Source of the DNA: Mobula hypostoma
Taxonomy: Eukaryota
Length of the DNA: 64,000 nucleotides
Assembly: GCF_963921235.1 (NCBI RefSeq)
Contig: NC_086101.1
Coordinates: 7,256,001-7,320,000, forward strand
Direction of reading: 5' to 3'
Part shown: positions 38,673-51,749 of the stretch, piece after piece
Layout of the letters: every line of letters begins with the position of its first letter
Position numbering within the stretch: the first letter of the stretch is position 1
Translations under genes and position numbers: made by a program
Notes under the pieces: generated by a model
Database searches by the model: none
What the model saw: only the letters and a program-made list of their open reading frames with translations
Told to the model about the DNA's origin: nothing

Positions 38673-39415
38673 TCGTTTCCACGGATGCTGCCTGACCTGC
38701 TGAGTTCCTCCAGCGTGTTGTAAGTGGTGGACACAACCCTCCCCAGCACTAAGCACGTTTACAAGGTCCACTGGAAAGCAGCACCCATCATCAAGGGTCC
38801 CCGCCATCCAGATAGGGCCCACACCACCAGGTACAGGAACAATTATTACCATCGACCTTCAGGCTATTCACTGGATGTGATACAGTAACTTCAATCACCA
38901 CTATTCTAAACTGGTCCTATGACCCCACAAACTCTTTACAACTCGTTGTCAGTATTATTTTATTAATTTCACATCTGCGACTTGGTTGTTTCTCATAATT
39001 TGTATGTTTATGTATAGTTTTCTATAAATTTCTTTTAATTTTTTTCCTGTAAATATCTGGAAAAGTAGTGAATCCTCAAGGTGGGAGCATATACTGTATG
39101 TGAGACTCCTCCGTCGGTCGAGGTGGATCGTAGATGTTGCGTCTTAGCAAAGTCGATACGCAAGCCAGGGCAGTACGATATAGAGTAAGCTGTTACCCAG
39201 GGAGCAGGCTCCAGCTCTCCATGCAACTGATGAATGCAAAGGAATGACAGCGCTCCTGCACTTCGGCACCAGCGACATCACAGGAGTTGTCAGTGAATGT
39301 TGAACTCGGTGTGGGACTGCATTAGCGGTTCCAGCTCCAGATTGTTCCTCGAGGTTTACTCCCAAAGACTCCCCCATGGGTGGCTATAGGCACAAGCCAG
39401 CGGAGGTTTGAGATC

Positions 39416-40056
39416 GCAAACACGAGGAATTCTGCAGATGCTGGAAATTCAAGCAACGCACATCAAATTTGCTGGTGAACGCAGCAGGCCAGGCAGCATC
39501 TCTAGGAAGAGGTACAGTCGACGTTTCAGGCCGAGACTCTTCATCAGGACTAACTGAAGGAAGAGCTAGTAAGAGATTTGGAAGTGGGAGGGGGAGGGGG
39601 AGATCCGAAATGATAGGAGAAGTCAGGAGGGGGAGGGATGGAGCCAAGAGCTGGACAAGTGATTGGCAAAAGGGATATGAGAGGATCATGGGATAGGAGG
39701 CCCAGGGAGAAGGAAAAGGGGGAGGGGGGAAAGACCCAGAGGATGGGCAAGGGGTATAGTGAGAGGGACAGAGGGAGAAAAAGGAGAGAGAGAGAGAAAG
39801 AATGTGTGTATATAAATAAGTAACGGATGGGGTACTAGGGGGAGGTGGGGCATTAGCGGAAGTTAGAGAAGTCAATGTTCATGCCATCAGGTTGGAGGCT
39901 ACCCAGACAGAATATAAGGTGTTGTTCCTCCAACCTGAGTGTGGCTTCATCTTTACAGTAGAGGAGGCCGTGGATAGACATATCAGAATGGGAATGAGAC
40001 GTGGCATTAAAATTTGTGGCCACTGGGAGATCCTGCTTTCTGTGGCGGACAGAGCA
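39416..40056 (-). mobile_element. 5'-truncated Penelope-like element with GIY-YIG C-terminus and a hammerhead (39515-39552)
   Basis: ORF 39853-40095 ...LPVATNFN...LRLEEQHLIFCLGSLQPDGMNIDFSNFR; 9-bp TSD TTTGAGATC at 39407-39415 and 40057-40065. Confidence 0.9.
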
Positions 40057-41269
40057 TTTGAGATCAGAGCTTCCCTTCTCCTGAGGAACTGCCAACAGCA
40101 GCTGACGAGCCTCATCTGCCTGGAGACACTGGTTTTAAGGTGTCTGTAACCCACCCTTGCCCCATCATAAAAGTCAGTAGAAACGGTTCCTCCGGGCTTA
40201 GTAGCTAAGCCACATGTGAAGGCTAGGTTGTCAGAGGCTATTTGAGATGTACATCATTGGGAGCATTTAATAGGTAGTGGGGGCATGTCACCACTACCTC
40301 TCCCCAGCTATAACAGCCCGAAGAAACTGCCCGAAGGTACTGTGATAATAAATTTACTTTAAACTTTGGACTTTGAAAAGGCTGTAAACTCCTATCAGGC
40401 GGAGCAGTGAAAGAGGAGTAGATGCCTTTAACTTGATTTAACATTCAATCTGTTTCACTTTTCGCAGACACTGCCTGAGTGTTTTCTGCATTTTATGTTT
40501 TATTTCAGATTTGCCATGTCTGCATAACTAAATGATTGTCTTCAGAAGAATTAACCTGTTTCAAAATTAGCTGTTTAATAACGGCGCGATAATGTAAGGT
40601 CGCCACAACAGCATTCCAGAAATATTGCGAATCCATTTTTATCAGATTAACACCTAGAAACCAGTGCAGAACAGAGCGAGAGCAGTATTGTTAGTGATGC
40701 TGTTTTAGGAGGGTATGTTAATCTAAGACTTACTTGCATAAACACGTGGGATTGAAAGATCCCACAAAATAGAAATTAGATGGAAGGAAGTGGAGGATTT
40801 AGGGAGGGTGCAGAGGAGATTTACCAGGATGCTACCTGGATTAGAAAGCATGTCTTATTAGGAAAGGTTGAGTGAGCTAGGGTTTTTGTCTTTGGAAAGA
40901 AGAAGAATGGGAAGGGACTTGATAGAGGTGTACAAGATGTTAAGAGGCATAGTTAGAGTGGCCCGCTAGAGACTTTTTCCTAGGGTGGAATGGCCAATGC
41001 AAAGAGGCATAATTTTAAGGTGATTAGAGGAAAGTATAGGTAGGATATCGTAGGTAGGTTCTGTAGGAACCGGGCTGTGGCTGCTGTCGCATGCAAACAG
41101 CTACTTGGAATCAACTTGGTGAGAACTGAGTGTCCGGTAGGGACCAAAGGAGCTGCCCCAGAATGGACATGACAAGCCCCTTCACCAGACATTGTAGCCC
41201 TCCCTGGACACCCCATACATGGCAGCATACACTGGATGATTTCCTCTGTCAATAACTACGAGGAACCCG

Positions 41270-41474
41270 TACACAGTTTATAGTACTGTAGTAGTATTGG
41301 CAGTGTTCTAATTTGTTCTGTATTTCATTTAAATACACATAATTGGTTAAACGGTAGTTTGTGTTTTAGTATACCTTAAACTGTATCCACGAAACATCGG
41401 CTAATTGACGCAGTCGCGTAATTGGTCCTAAAGTACTGATCTGAATGTGTCCCAATTAATCGGAATCCACTGTA
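41270..41474. mobile_element. Tigger/pogo-like DNA transposon end
   Basis: Ends GTGTCCCAATTAATCGGAATCCACTG-TA, resembling a TcMar-Tigger TIR plus TA; the partner end was not found. Confidence 0.5.
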
Positions 41475-42189
41475 CATTTGGACAGAGATGAGGAGGAATT
41501 TCTTTAGCCAGAGGGTGGTGAATCTGTGGAATTCATTGTTTCAGATGGCTGCGGAGGGAAGTCATAGGGTACATCTAAAGCAGACATTAGTCAGATCTTG
41601 ATTAGTCAGGGCATCAGAGGTTAAAGGGAGGAGGCAGGAGAATAGGGTTGAGAGGGATAATAAATCAGCCATGATGGAATGGCAGAGTAAACTCGAAGGA
41701 TCGAATGATCTAAACCTGCTCCTACATTTTATGGTCTTTTGAATGGTCTTTTGTTGTTCTCCATGTTGAAAGGAGTGTGGGCTAATTGATATGAAACATT
41801 CAGATGTAATTTAGCTTCCCATTGAAAACATACACTCTCTCCTTGTTATGGCAAATTCCCATGTCCTGGTTTCAATTGGCAAGAGCTTATGTAAATCTTT
41901 TGTGCTTAATACACCCTCTCACTAGTGAAACCGGTTTGCACAGTCATCACCCATTATAAATAGGACTTTATTATGGGGGAACATTGACAGGAAGTATGTG
42001 TAGGTGTAAGACTTTTAACGTACTAAATTACAGTAATATGCTGGAGGAGAGTAGACCAGTTTACTGATCACATTTACTCAATGCACTGAGTCTGCGGGGA
42101 GTCGACTCAAATCTACAATTCCTTCTGTCGCTACGTTCCACAATCTTTTCAAAGATTAAAATAATTGTTTTATAAAGTAAGAGGTCATA

Positions 42190-42435
42190 TTATTTATTGA
42201 AATGCAGCACAGAATAGGCTCTTCCAGTCCTTCGAGCTGTGCCGCCCAGCAATCCAGCGATTTAACCCCAGCCTAATCGCGGGACAACTTACGATGACCG
42301 AATGACGACCAACGGGTACGTCTTTGGACTGCGAGAGGAAACTGGAGCTCCTGGAGGAAACTCATGTGGCCATGGGAAGAATGCACAAACTCCTTACAGG
42401 TGTGAGGGGGGAATTGAACCCGGGTCACCGTGCTG
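42190..42435 (-). mobile_element. V-domain tRNA SINE (HE1-like), representative copy
   Basis: Reverse complement of a GGGTTTCCTCCGGGTGCTCCGGTTTCCTCCC-like V domain plus B box GGTTCAATTCC. Other copies near 13060, 23790, 33480, 35650, 36430, 37000, 49122, 50490, 51140, 61400 and 61930. Confidence 0.7.
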
Positions 42436-42987
42436 CCACTGGGGCAACATGTTGGAAAAGGGCTAAAGGAGAGAGTATCACAGGAATAAACAGCCAGGGT
42501 CATAGTGCACTTACAGCACAGAAACAAGCCCTTTGGCCCATTTAGTCCATGGCCAACTATTACCAGTCCCATCCACTTGCACTTGCACCCTGACTATAGC
42601 CCTCCATACCCTTCCCATTCCTGCACCTATCCAAATTTCTCTTAAACGTTGCTGTCAAACCCACCTCAACCACTTCCGCTGGCAGCTCATTCCACTCTCT
42701 CACCATCCTTTCAGTGAAGTAGTTCCCCACCATGTTTCTCTTAAACATTTCAACCTTTCACCCTTAACCCATGACCTCTTGTTGTCTCACCCAACCTCAG
42801 TGGAAAATCCAGCTTATATTTACTTTATCTATACCGCTCATAATTTTGAATACTTCCAGCAAATCTTCCCTCATTCTCTTATACTCTAGGAATAAGGTCC
42901 TAACCTACTTCACCTTTCTCTATAACTCAGATCAAGTTCCAGCAACATTCTTGTAAGTTGCTTTACAGGGTGGAAAATCAGCACTGA

Positions 42988-43880
42988 GAACCATAGAACC
43001 ATAGAACACTACAGCACAGAAAACAGGCCATTCGGCCCTTCTAGTCTGTGCCAAAACTTTATTCCACTAGTCCCATTGACCTGCATCCAGTCTATAACCC
43101 TCCAGACCTCTCCCCTCCATGTATCTATCCAATTTATTCTTAAAACTTAAGAGTGAGGCCGCATTTACCACGTCAGATGGCAGCTCGTTCCACATTCCCA
43201 CCACTCTCTGAGTGAAGAAGTTCCCCCTAATGTTGCCCCTAAACCTTTCCCTTTACAATAGACAATAGGTGCAGAAGTAGGCCATTCGGTCCTTTGAGCC
43301 AGCACCACCAATCACTGTGATCATGGCTGATCATCCACAATCAGCACCCCATTCCTGCCTTCTCCCTATATCCCTTGACTCTGCTATCATTAAGAGCTCT
43401 ATCTGACTCTTTCTTGGAAATCATCCAGAGAATTGGCCTCCACAGCCTTCTGAGGCAGAGCATTCCACAGATCCACAACTCTCTGGGTGAAAAAGTTTTT
43501 CCTCAACTCTGTTCTAAATGGCCTACCCCTTATTCTCAAATTGTGGCCCCTGGTTCTGGACTCCCCCAACATCGGGAACACTAAAGCCATGTCCTCTCGT
43601 ATTTATCTCTCCTAATCTAAGTGGAAAGAGCCTACTCGCATTCACTCTGTCTATACCCCTCATAATTTTGTAAACCTCTATCAAATCTCCCCTCATTCTT
43701 CTACGCTCCAAGGAATAAAGTCCTAACCTGTTCAATCTTTCCCTGTAACTCAACTTTGGAAGACCCTGCAACATCCTAGTAAATCTTCTCTGCACTCTTT
43801 CAATCTTACTGATATCCTTCCTATAGTTAGGTGACCAGAACTGTACACAATACTCCAAATTTGGCCTCACCAATGTCTTC
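42988..43880 (-). mobile_element. CR1 3' fragment with a second CR1 subfamily nested at about 43255-43580
   Basis: ORFs 43523-43885 and 43399-43590 are CR1 RT C-termini from two subfamilies with different tails. Confidence 0.9.
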
Positions 43881-46283
43881 AACATGCAGGTAGATTGGGA
43901 AAATCAAATTGATGCTGGATTCCAGGAGGGCGAATTTCTAGAGTTCCTACGAGGTGGCATCTTAGAGCAGCTCATGGTTGAGCCCATTGGGGCATTACCT
44001 ATTCTGGATTGGGAGCTGTGAAATGAACCAGAACTGATTAGAAAGTTTAAGGTAAAAGAGCCCTAAGGAGCAAGTGATCATAATATGATCAAATTCACCC
44101 TGCAATTTGAGAAGGAGAAGCTAAAGTCAGATGTATCAGTATTACAGTGGAATAAAGGGAATTACAGAGGCATGAGAGAGGAGTTGGCCAGAATTGACTG
44201 GAAAAGAACACGGGCAGGGATGACAGCAGAGAAGTCATGTCTGGAATTTCTAGAAGCGATTCAGAAGGCACAGGATATATACATCCCAAACAGGAAGTGT
44301 TCTAAAGGAAAGCTGACACAAGCACAGCTAACAAGAGAGGTCAGATCCAACACAAAAGCCAAAGTGAGGGCATATAACAAGTAAACATTAGTGAGAAATT
44401 AGAGGGTTGGGAAGATTTTAAAAAGCAACAGAAGGTTACTAAAAAAGTAATTAAGAAGTTACAGATGGAATATGAAAGTGAGCTAGCTAATAATTTTAAG
44501 TAGGATGCCAAAAGTTTCTTCAGATACATGAAGAGTTAAAGAGAGGCGAGAGGGGATACAGGACCACTGGAAAACAATGCTGGAGAGATAGTAATAGGGA
44601 CAAGGAATAAGTATATAAGTATAGGTATAAGTATTTTGCATCAGTGTTCACTGTTGAAGACACTAGCAGTATGGTGGAAGTTCATGAAGTGTGTGAAGTT
44701 ACCTTCATTAGAGAGAAGGTACTTGGGAAACTGAAAGGTCTGAAGGCAGATAAATGTACACCCCAGGGTTCTGAAAGAGGCGGCTGAAGAGATCGTGGAG
44801 GCAGTAATAATGATCTATCCAAATGTCACTAGATTCTGGGATGGTTCTGGAAGATTGAAAACTGCAAATATCACTCCACTCTTCAAGAAGGGAGAGAGAC
44901 AGAAGAAAGGAAACTATAAGCCAGTTAGTCTGACCTCAGAGGTTGGGAAAATGTTGGAGTCGATTATTAAGGATGAGGTCTCAGGGTACTTGGAGGCACA
45001 TGATGAAAGAGGTCGTAGTCAGCATGGTTTCCCCAAGGGAAAAGTTTTCCTGACACATTTGTTGGAATTCTTTGAAGATAGGAGAAGCAAGATAGACAAA
45101 GGAGAATCGATTGATGTTGTGTACTTGGATTTTCAGAAGGCTTTTGAAAAGGTGCTACTCATGAGGCAGCTTAACAAGCTATGAGCCCATGGTATTACAG
45201 GAAAGAGTCTAGCAGGGATAAAGCAGTGGCTGATTGGCAGGAGGCAAACAGTGGGAATAAATGGAGCCTTTTTTGGTTGGCCGCTAGTGACTAGTGTGTT
45301 GTTCCACAGGGGTCTGTGTTGGGATCAATTCTTTTTAAGTTACATGTCAATGATTGGAAAATGGAATTAATGGTTTTGTTGTAAAGTTTGGAGACGATAT
45401 TGTGATAGTTGGAGGGGCAGGTTGTTTTGTGAAAGTAGAGAGGCTACATAAGGACTTAGACAGATTAGGAGAATAGCTAAAGAAATGGCAGATGGAATAC
45501 AGCGCCTGGAAATGTATGGTCATGCCTGTGGTAGAAGAAATGAAAGGGTTAATTAAACAGGTGCAAAGTGACTTGAGAGTCATGCAGGATTCTCTAAACG
45601 TTAATTTGCAAGTCAAGTCAGTAGTGAGGATGGTAAATACAATGTTAGCATTAATTTAAAGGGGACTAAAATATAAAAGCAAGGATGTAATGTTGAAACT
45701 TTATTAATCACTGGTGAGGCCTTACCTGGAGTATTTTGAGCAGTTTTGGGCCCCTTATCTTAGAAACGATGTGCTGAAACTGGAGAGGGTTCAAAGGAAA
45801 TACGTTAAAATGATTCCAGCATTGAATGGCTTGTCACATGAAGAGCATTTGATCGCTCTGTGTCCATATTCACTGGAATTCGGAAGAATGAGGAGTGACC
45901 TCATTCAAACGTATCAAATGGTGAAAGGCTTTGACAGAGTGAATACGGAAAGGATGTGTCCTTTGGTGGGAGTGTCTGAGACCAGAGGGCACAGCCTTAG
46001 AATAGAGGGTTTTTAGAATGAAGATGAGGAGGAATTTCTTCAGCCAGAGAGTGGTGAATCTGTGGAATTCTTTGCCACAGGAAGCCATGGAGAGCAAATC
46101 TCTACATATCTTTATGGCAGGGTTTGATAGATTCTTGATTGGTCAGGGAATTAACGGATACGGGGGGAAGACAGGAGATTGGGGCTGAGAGGAAAATTGG
46201 ATCAGCCATGATGAAATGGTGGAGCAGACTTGATGGGACAAGTGGAATAATTCTGCTTCTATGCTTTATGGTCTGATGGTCTT
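43881..46283 (+). mobile_element. Long decayed CR1 ORF2 (endonuclease end, linker, RT, 3' tail)
   Basis: Frameshifted ORFs: SDHNMIKF, ANITPLFKKG...NYKPVSLTS...SQHGF...VDVVYLDFQKAF-like, PQGSVLG, RPYLEY..QFWAP. Confidence 0.92.
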
Positions 46284-47135
46284 ATGGTAACAATGAGAAG
46301 AGAGCATGTCCTGGGTAGTGGGGGCCTTAATGATGGATATCACCTTTCTGAGGCACCGCTCCTTGAAGATGTCTTGGGTACTACAGAGGCAAGTGTCCAT
46401 GATGTAGTTCACATATCTTACAGCTCTCTGCAGCTTACTTCAATACTGTGCGATAATGCACCACCACCCCCATACCAGGCGGTGATGCAGCCTGTCAGAA
46501 TGCTCTGCCTGGTACATCTGCCGAAATATGTGAGTGTTTTAGGTGACAGATGAAATCCCCTCAAACTCCCGATGAAATATAGCCACCATCTTGCCTCCTT
46601 TATAGCTGCATCGATACGTGGGACCAGGTAAGGTCCTCAGAAATATTAACACCCAGGAACTTGAAATTGCTCACACTCTCCACTTCTGATCCCTCTATGA
46701 GGACTGGTGTGTGTTCCCTCGTCTTACCCTTCAGGAGAGGGAAACGAGAGGTCCATGGGCCATTGGTCATTGGAAGATCAGAGGTGGAGAGGGTCAGAAA
46801 CTTTAAATTCCTGGGTGTCACTATCTCAGAGGACCTGTCCTGAACACATCATATACAGTAACTATAATTGCAAAGAAAGCACGACAACACCTCAACTTCC
46901 TCAGGAGTCTGTGGAGGTTCGTCCTGTCATCACAAACCTTGACAAACTTCTATAGTTGTGTGGTGAAAAGAGTACTGACTAGCTGCATTACGGCCAGTAT
47001 GAGAACACCAACGCCTTTGAGTGGAAAATCTTACAAAAGGTGGTGGATTCGGCCCAGTACATCACAGGTAAAGCCTTCCCAACCATTGAGCACATCTATT
47101 TGAAACATTGTTGTAGAAAAGCAGCATCCATCATC

Positions 47136-47945
47136 ATAGTCATAGTCATAGTCAAACTTTACTGATCCCGGGGGAAACTGGTTTTCGTTACAGTTGCACC
47201 ATAAATAATAAATAGTAATAAAACCATAAATAGTTAAATAGTAATATGTAAATTATGCCAGTAAATCATGAAATAAGTCCAGGACCAGCCTATTGGCTCA
47301 GGGTGTCTGACCCTCCAAGGGAGGAGTTGTAAAGTTTGATGGCCACAGGCAGGAATGACTTCCTATGACTCTCTGTGCTGCATCTCGGTGGAATGAGTCT
47401 CTGGCTGAATGTACTCCTGTGCCCACCCAGTACATTATGTAGTGGATGGGAGACATTGTCCAAGATGGCATGCAACTTGGACAGCATCCTCTTTTCAGAC
47501 ACCACCGTCAGAGAGTCCAGTTCCATCCCCACAACATCACTGGCCTTACGAATGAGTTTGTTGGTTCTGTTGGTGTCTGCTACCCTCAGCCTGCTGCCCC
47601 AGCACACAACAGCAAACATGATAGCACTGGCCACCACAGACTCGTAGAATATCCTCAGCATCATCCGGCAGATGTTAGAGGACCTCAGTCTCCTCAGGAA
47701 ATAGAGACGGCTCTGACCCTTCTTGTAGACAGCCTCAGTGTTCTTTGACCAGTCCAGTTTATTGTCAATTCGTATCCCCAGGTATTTGTAATCCTCCACC
47801 ATGTCCACCCTGACCCCCTGGATGGAAACAGGGGTCACCGGTACCTTAGCTCTCCTCAGGTCTACCACCAGCTCCTTAGTCTTTTTCAGATTAAGCTGCA
47901 GATAATTCTGCTCCCACCATGTGACAAAGTTTCCTACCATAGCCC
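47136..47945 (-). mobile_element. Young Rex1/Babar-like LINE 3' fragment (ORF 47290-47973)
   Basis: LQLNLKKTKELVVD...YKYLG...KKGQSRLYFLRRL...FYESVVAS...VCWG; (TATGAC)n tail. Confidence 0.9.
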
Positions 47946-49577
47946 TGTCAATGGTCCTCACCACCAAGGCCATGGTCTTTTCTCACTGCTGCCATCAAGA
48001 AGAAGGTAGAAGTGCCTCAGGACTCGCACCGTCAACCATCAGGCTCTTGAACAAAAGGGGATAACTACACTCATTGTATTTCTGCTGTCCCCACCACTGA
48101 TGACCTCGCTTTAAGGACTCTTTCCCTTGTTATTTCATTGTTTATTACTATTTATTTATATTTGTATTTGCAGTTTGTTGTTCATTGATCCTGTTTACAG
48201 TTACTGTTCTGTAGATTTCCTAGGTATTCCCACAGGGAAAAGAACCTCGGTTCGTATGTGGTAACACATATGTTCTCTGATAATAAATTTTACTTTGAAC
48301 TTTACATTTTGATCTTACTGATGTCGAGTGCAAGCTTACTGCTGCAACACCACCCAAATAGCTGGTATATCTCACTCCCGTATGACCTCCATCACCATCT
48401 GAAATTCAGCCAACAATGATTGCGTCTTCAGCAAATTTATAGATGGCACCTGAGCTGTGCCCAGCCACACGGTTGTGTGGGCAGAGAGAGGAGGGCAGTG
48501 GGCTAAGAACACATTCCTGAGGTGCGCCAGTGTTGATGGTCAGCGAGGTGGAGATGTTATTTCCAATCCGCACAGACTGAGGTCTTCCAGTTGGATGATG
48601 AGGTGCAGATCAAGTGGGTAATCAAAGACATTTCCCAGGGTAGGAGTGCCTAATACAAGGAGACATAAATTTAAAGTGATTGGAGGAAAGTATAGGAGGC
48701 ACATCAGAGGTAAAGTTTTTACACAGAGAGTGATGGGTGCGTGGAATGTGCTGCTGAGCTGGTGGTAGAGGCAGATTTTAATTTTTTTTTAAATCCTGTA
48801 AAATGGAGGGCTATGTGGGAGGGAAGGAGTAGATTGACCTTAGAATGGTTTAAGTAGTTAGCACAGTATCATGGGCCAAAGGGCCTGTAGTGTGGTGTGT
48901 AGTTCTATTTTCTATTGTCAAACTCTTGAATGAACCTCTTGTGCAATAAGATGGACTCTTCGCCTTGCAGTCTATCTGGTTACGATCTTGCACATGATTG
49001 TTCAACTGCATTCACTATTTCGCTAGCTGTACACTTTATTCTGTATTCCCTTATTGTTTTGCCTTATTCCAGCTCGACGCGCTGTGTAATTATTTCATCT
49101 GTGTGAACAGGATGCAAGACAACGGTAGCGTGGTGGTTAGTACGGTGCTATGACTCCCTGGAGTGTTCCGGAGTTTCCTGTTAAACTCTGGCAAGGAATT
49201 TCTGGAGGTCCTCCACATGGGATGTGTGGGTTTCCCCCGGGTGCTCTGCTTTCTTCCCACAGTCCAAGGACTGTGGGCTAATTGGTTATTGCTTCTTCAG
49301 CTTCCGCTCCTGCAAGCACTGTCATAACGCGCAGTCGGTGCGAGCAGCGTGGGAGTTAAATTGTAAAATAAGCTTTTTTGACTAGATCCCCTAAATCGAT
49401 TTAATTGCGTCTATCTTTAAAAATATTAATGCCAGAAATACTGCGCAGGTCTGGCAGCAGAAGATTCCACTCTCTTGTTGATCTTGGGCAGAGGGAGTAC
49501 TGGTAGCAAATCTTATTGAATGAAGGAGTTTCCAATATGTGAGGTCCAGTTTGCTGTCAAGTTGAGAGTTGTCCTGT

Positions 49578-50254
49578 GATTAGATTATGAGGACACACAG
49601 TCCTCTTTTCTTGTCATTTAGTAATGCGTGCATTAAGAAACGATACAATGTTCCTCCAGAATGATATGACAGAAACAAGACAAACCAAGACTAAAAAAAA
49701 CTGACAAAAACCACATAATTATAACATATAGTTGCAACAGTTCAAAGCAATACCGTAATTTGATAAAGAACAGACCGTGGGCACGGTAAAAAAAAGTCTC
49801 AAAGTCTCTCGAAATTCCCATCATCTCACGCAGACGGTAGAAGGAAGAAGACTCTCCCTGCCATGAGCATCCAGCGCCGCAAACTTGCCGATGCAGCACC
49901 CTGGAAGCACCCGACCACAGCCGACTCTTGAGTCCGTCCGAAAACTCCAAGCCTCCGACCAGCTCTCCGACATCGAGCACCGAGCACCATCTCTGCTGAG
50001 CGCTTCGACCCCGGCCCCGACAACAGGCGATACGCAAAGCCGAGGACTTGGGGCCTTCCCCTCCGGAGATTCTCCATCGCACAGTAGCAGCAGCAGCGAA
50101 GCAGGCATTTCAAAAGTTTCTCCAGATGTTCCTCTGCACTTCTTACATCTGTCTCCATCAAATCAGGATTGTGCACAGTACTGATTTAACAAATACTGAT
50201 ATCATTTTGGAGCAGCTGCGCGCGCTGCATCGCGCCGCCGTCTTCTCCTCCCCC
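49578..50254 (-). mobile_element. Second copy of the 680-bp non-autonomous LINE derivative
   Basis: End-to-end homologous to 12021-12706 in reverse orientation. Confidence 0.8.
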
Positions 50255-51749
50255 ACCAGGTTAGGGTTAATCAGGGTTGTGGGGTTGCTGGGGCAGTGTG
50301 ATTCAAAGGACTGGAAGGGCCTACTCGGTGTTGTATCACTAAATAAATAAATAAACAAGACTGCACTGCAGTCTGGCACAATATTACAATAATAAACCAT
50401 GAAAAGAAAACTTTGATCATCATCTAAATAGTGGGCATGGAAACTGAGAGGCACCAGAATCCCGGTTTAGCGTCTTCTCCAGAAGATTATTTACTTATTT
50501 CTTTACTGAGATCCAGTGCCGAACAGGTCCTTCAGGCCTGTCAACCTTTGCCACCAGTCCCAGCCTAATTATGGGGCAATTTCCACTGACCAATTAACCT
50601 ACGAACCAGTCCATCTTCGGACTGCGGGACGAAACCGGAGCGCCCGGCGTGCGTACAGACTCCTCACAGACAGCGCAGGAATGGCCACCTCTGACCACAC
50701 AGCCTCTGCAGGAGAACGTACGTCTCCAAATTGATCCCTGTCCTCACTAATTTGAGTATGCACGGTGTGATTGCATACAAATTGGAAGCTATAAGGATGA
50801 ATAAAACTCCTGGAGCCTGCTTAATTGTTCAATTATATCCTCGATTAGCTGCCCTCCATTTTTTGAGCACTTCCCGTAATTGAATATATTTCTCATCTCC
50901 CTGTCAGTTCAATTTGCACAATTCCATCTGTTTTACATCCCATCACCGACTCATTGGGGCTGAAGGAGAGCTGGTAAGCACTGACTTCTATTCCTTTCTT
51001 CCCCTTCCTATGTGTGAATTGCTTGATTTAGTATTATAAAAAAGTAAATTATCTCTTAATTTCTCTTTACAAACAGAAATGTCAACACATTACATTTATT
51101 TAGCACCTTTGACAAGGTAAAATATTCCAAGAGGCTTCGTAGAGGATAGTGGGCATCGTGGTTGGCATAAGGTTGTTGAAGCGTCCACACCCCCATTCTA
51201 CTCCCAGCGCTGTTTGTAAGGAGTTAGTATGTTCTCCCCTTGACCGTGTCAATTTCCCCCAAGTGCTCTGGTTTGCGCACACAGTCCAAAGACGAACAGA
51301 TTAGTAGGTTAATTGGTTAAGATGGTACAACTGACGCAGGTTTGTTGGAGTAGAAAGGCTTGTTACCGCACGGCATCTCGAAACAAATTTAAAATAATTT
51401 TTAAAGTGAGCAGAGAGATGGGCGATGGAATTCTAAAGTTTAAAAACTGGACAGTTGAAAGGATTAGCTTTATTTGTCACATGTATATGGAAACAGATAG
51501 TGCAACGTGCTGCAGTATCAATGACCAACACTGTCTGAGGATGCGCTGCAGGCAGGCCACGTGTCGTCACGTTTCCAGCACTAACCGAGCAGCTCACTTC
51601 TTACCACCATAACCCATAGGTCTTCAACTGTGCGAGGAAAATGGAGCACCAAAGAAATCATACAAACTGCTTATAGTCGTTAGTGGGAATTGAATGGCAG
51701 TGGTCATGCCTACTATAATGCTACCGTACCCCCCTAACACAGAGCACCG

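Larger units (their letters stand above)
38441..38721. mobile_element. Palindromic Penelope-derived insertion carrying two hammerheads
   Basis: Inverted arms of about 100 bp (about 38477-38578 and 38623-38725); TSD AAGTGGTG(C/G)ACACA at 38427-38440 and 38722-38735. Confidence 0.85.

Noticed and set aside
50908..50973. 66-nt AG...GTAAGC exon candidate
   Set aside because: Contains TGA in the phase required by the upstream phase-1 exons; no recognisable peptide in the other frames.
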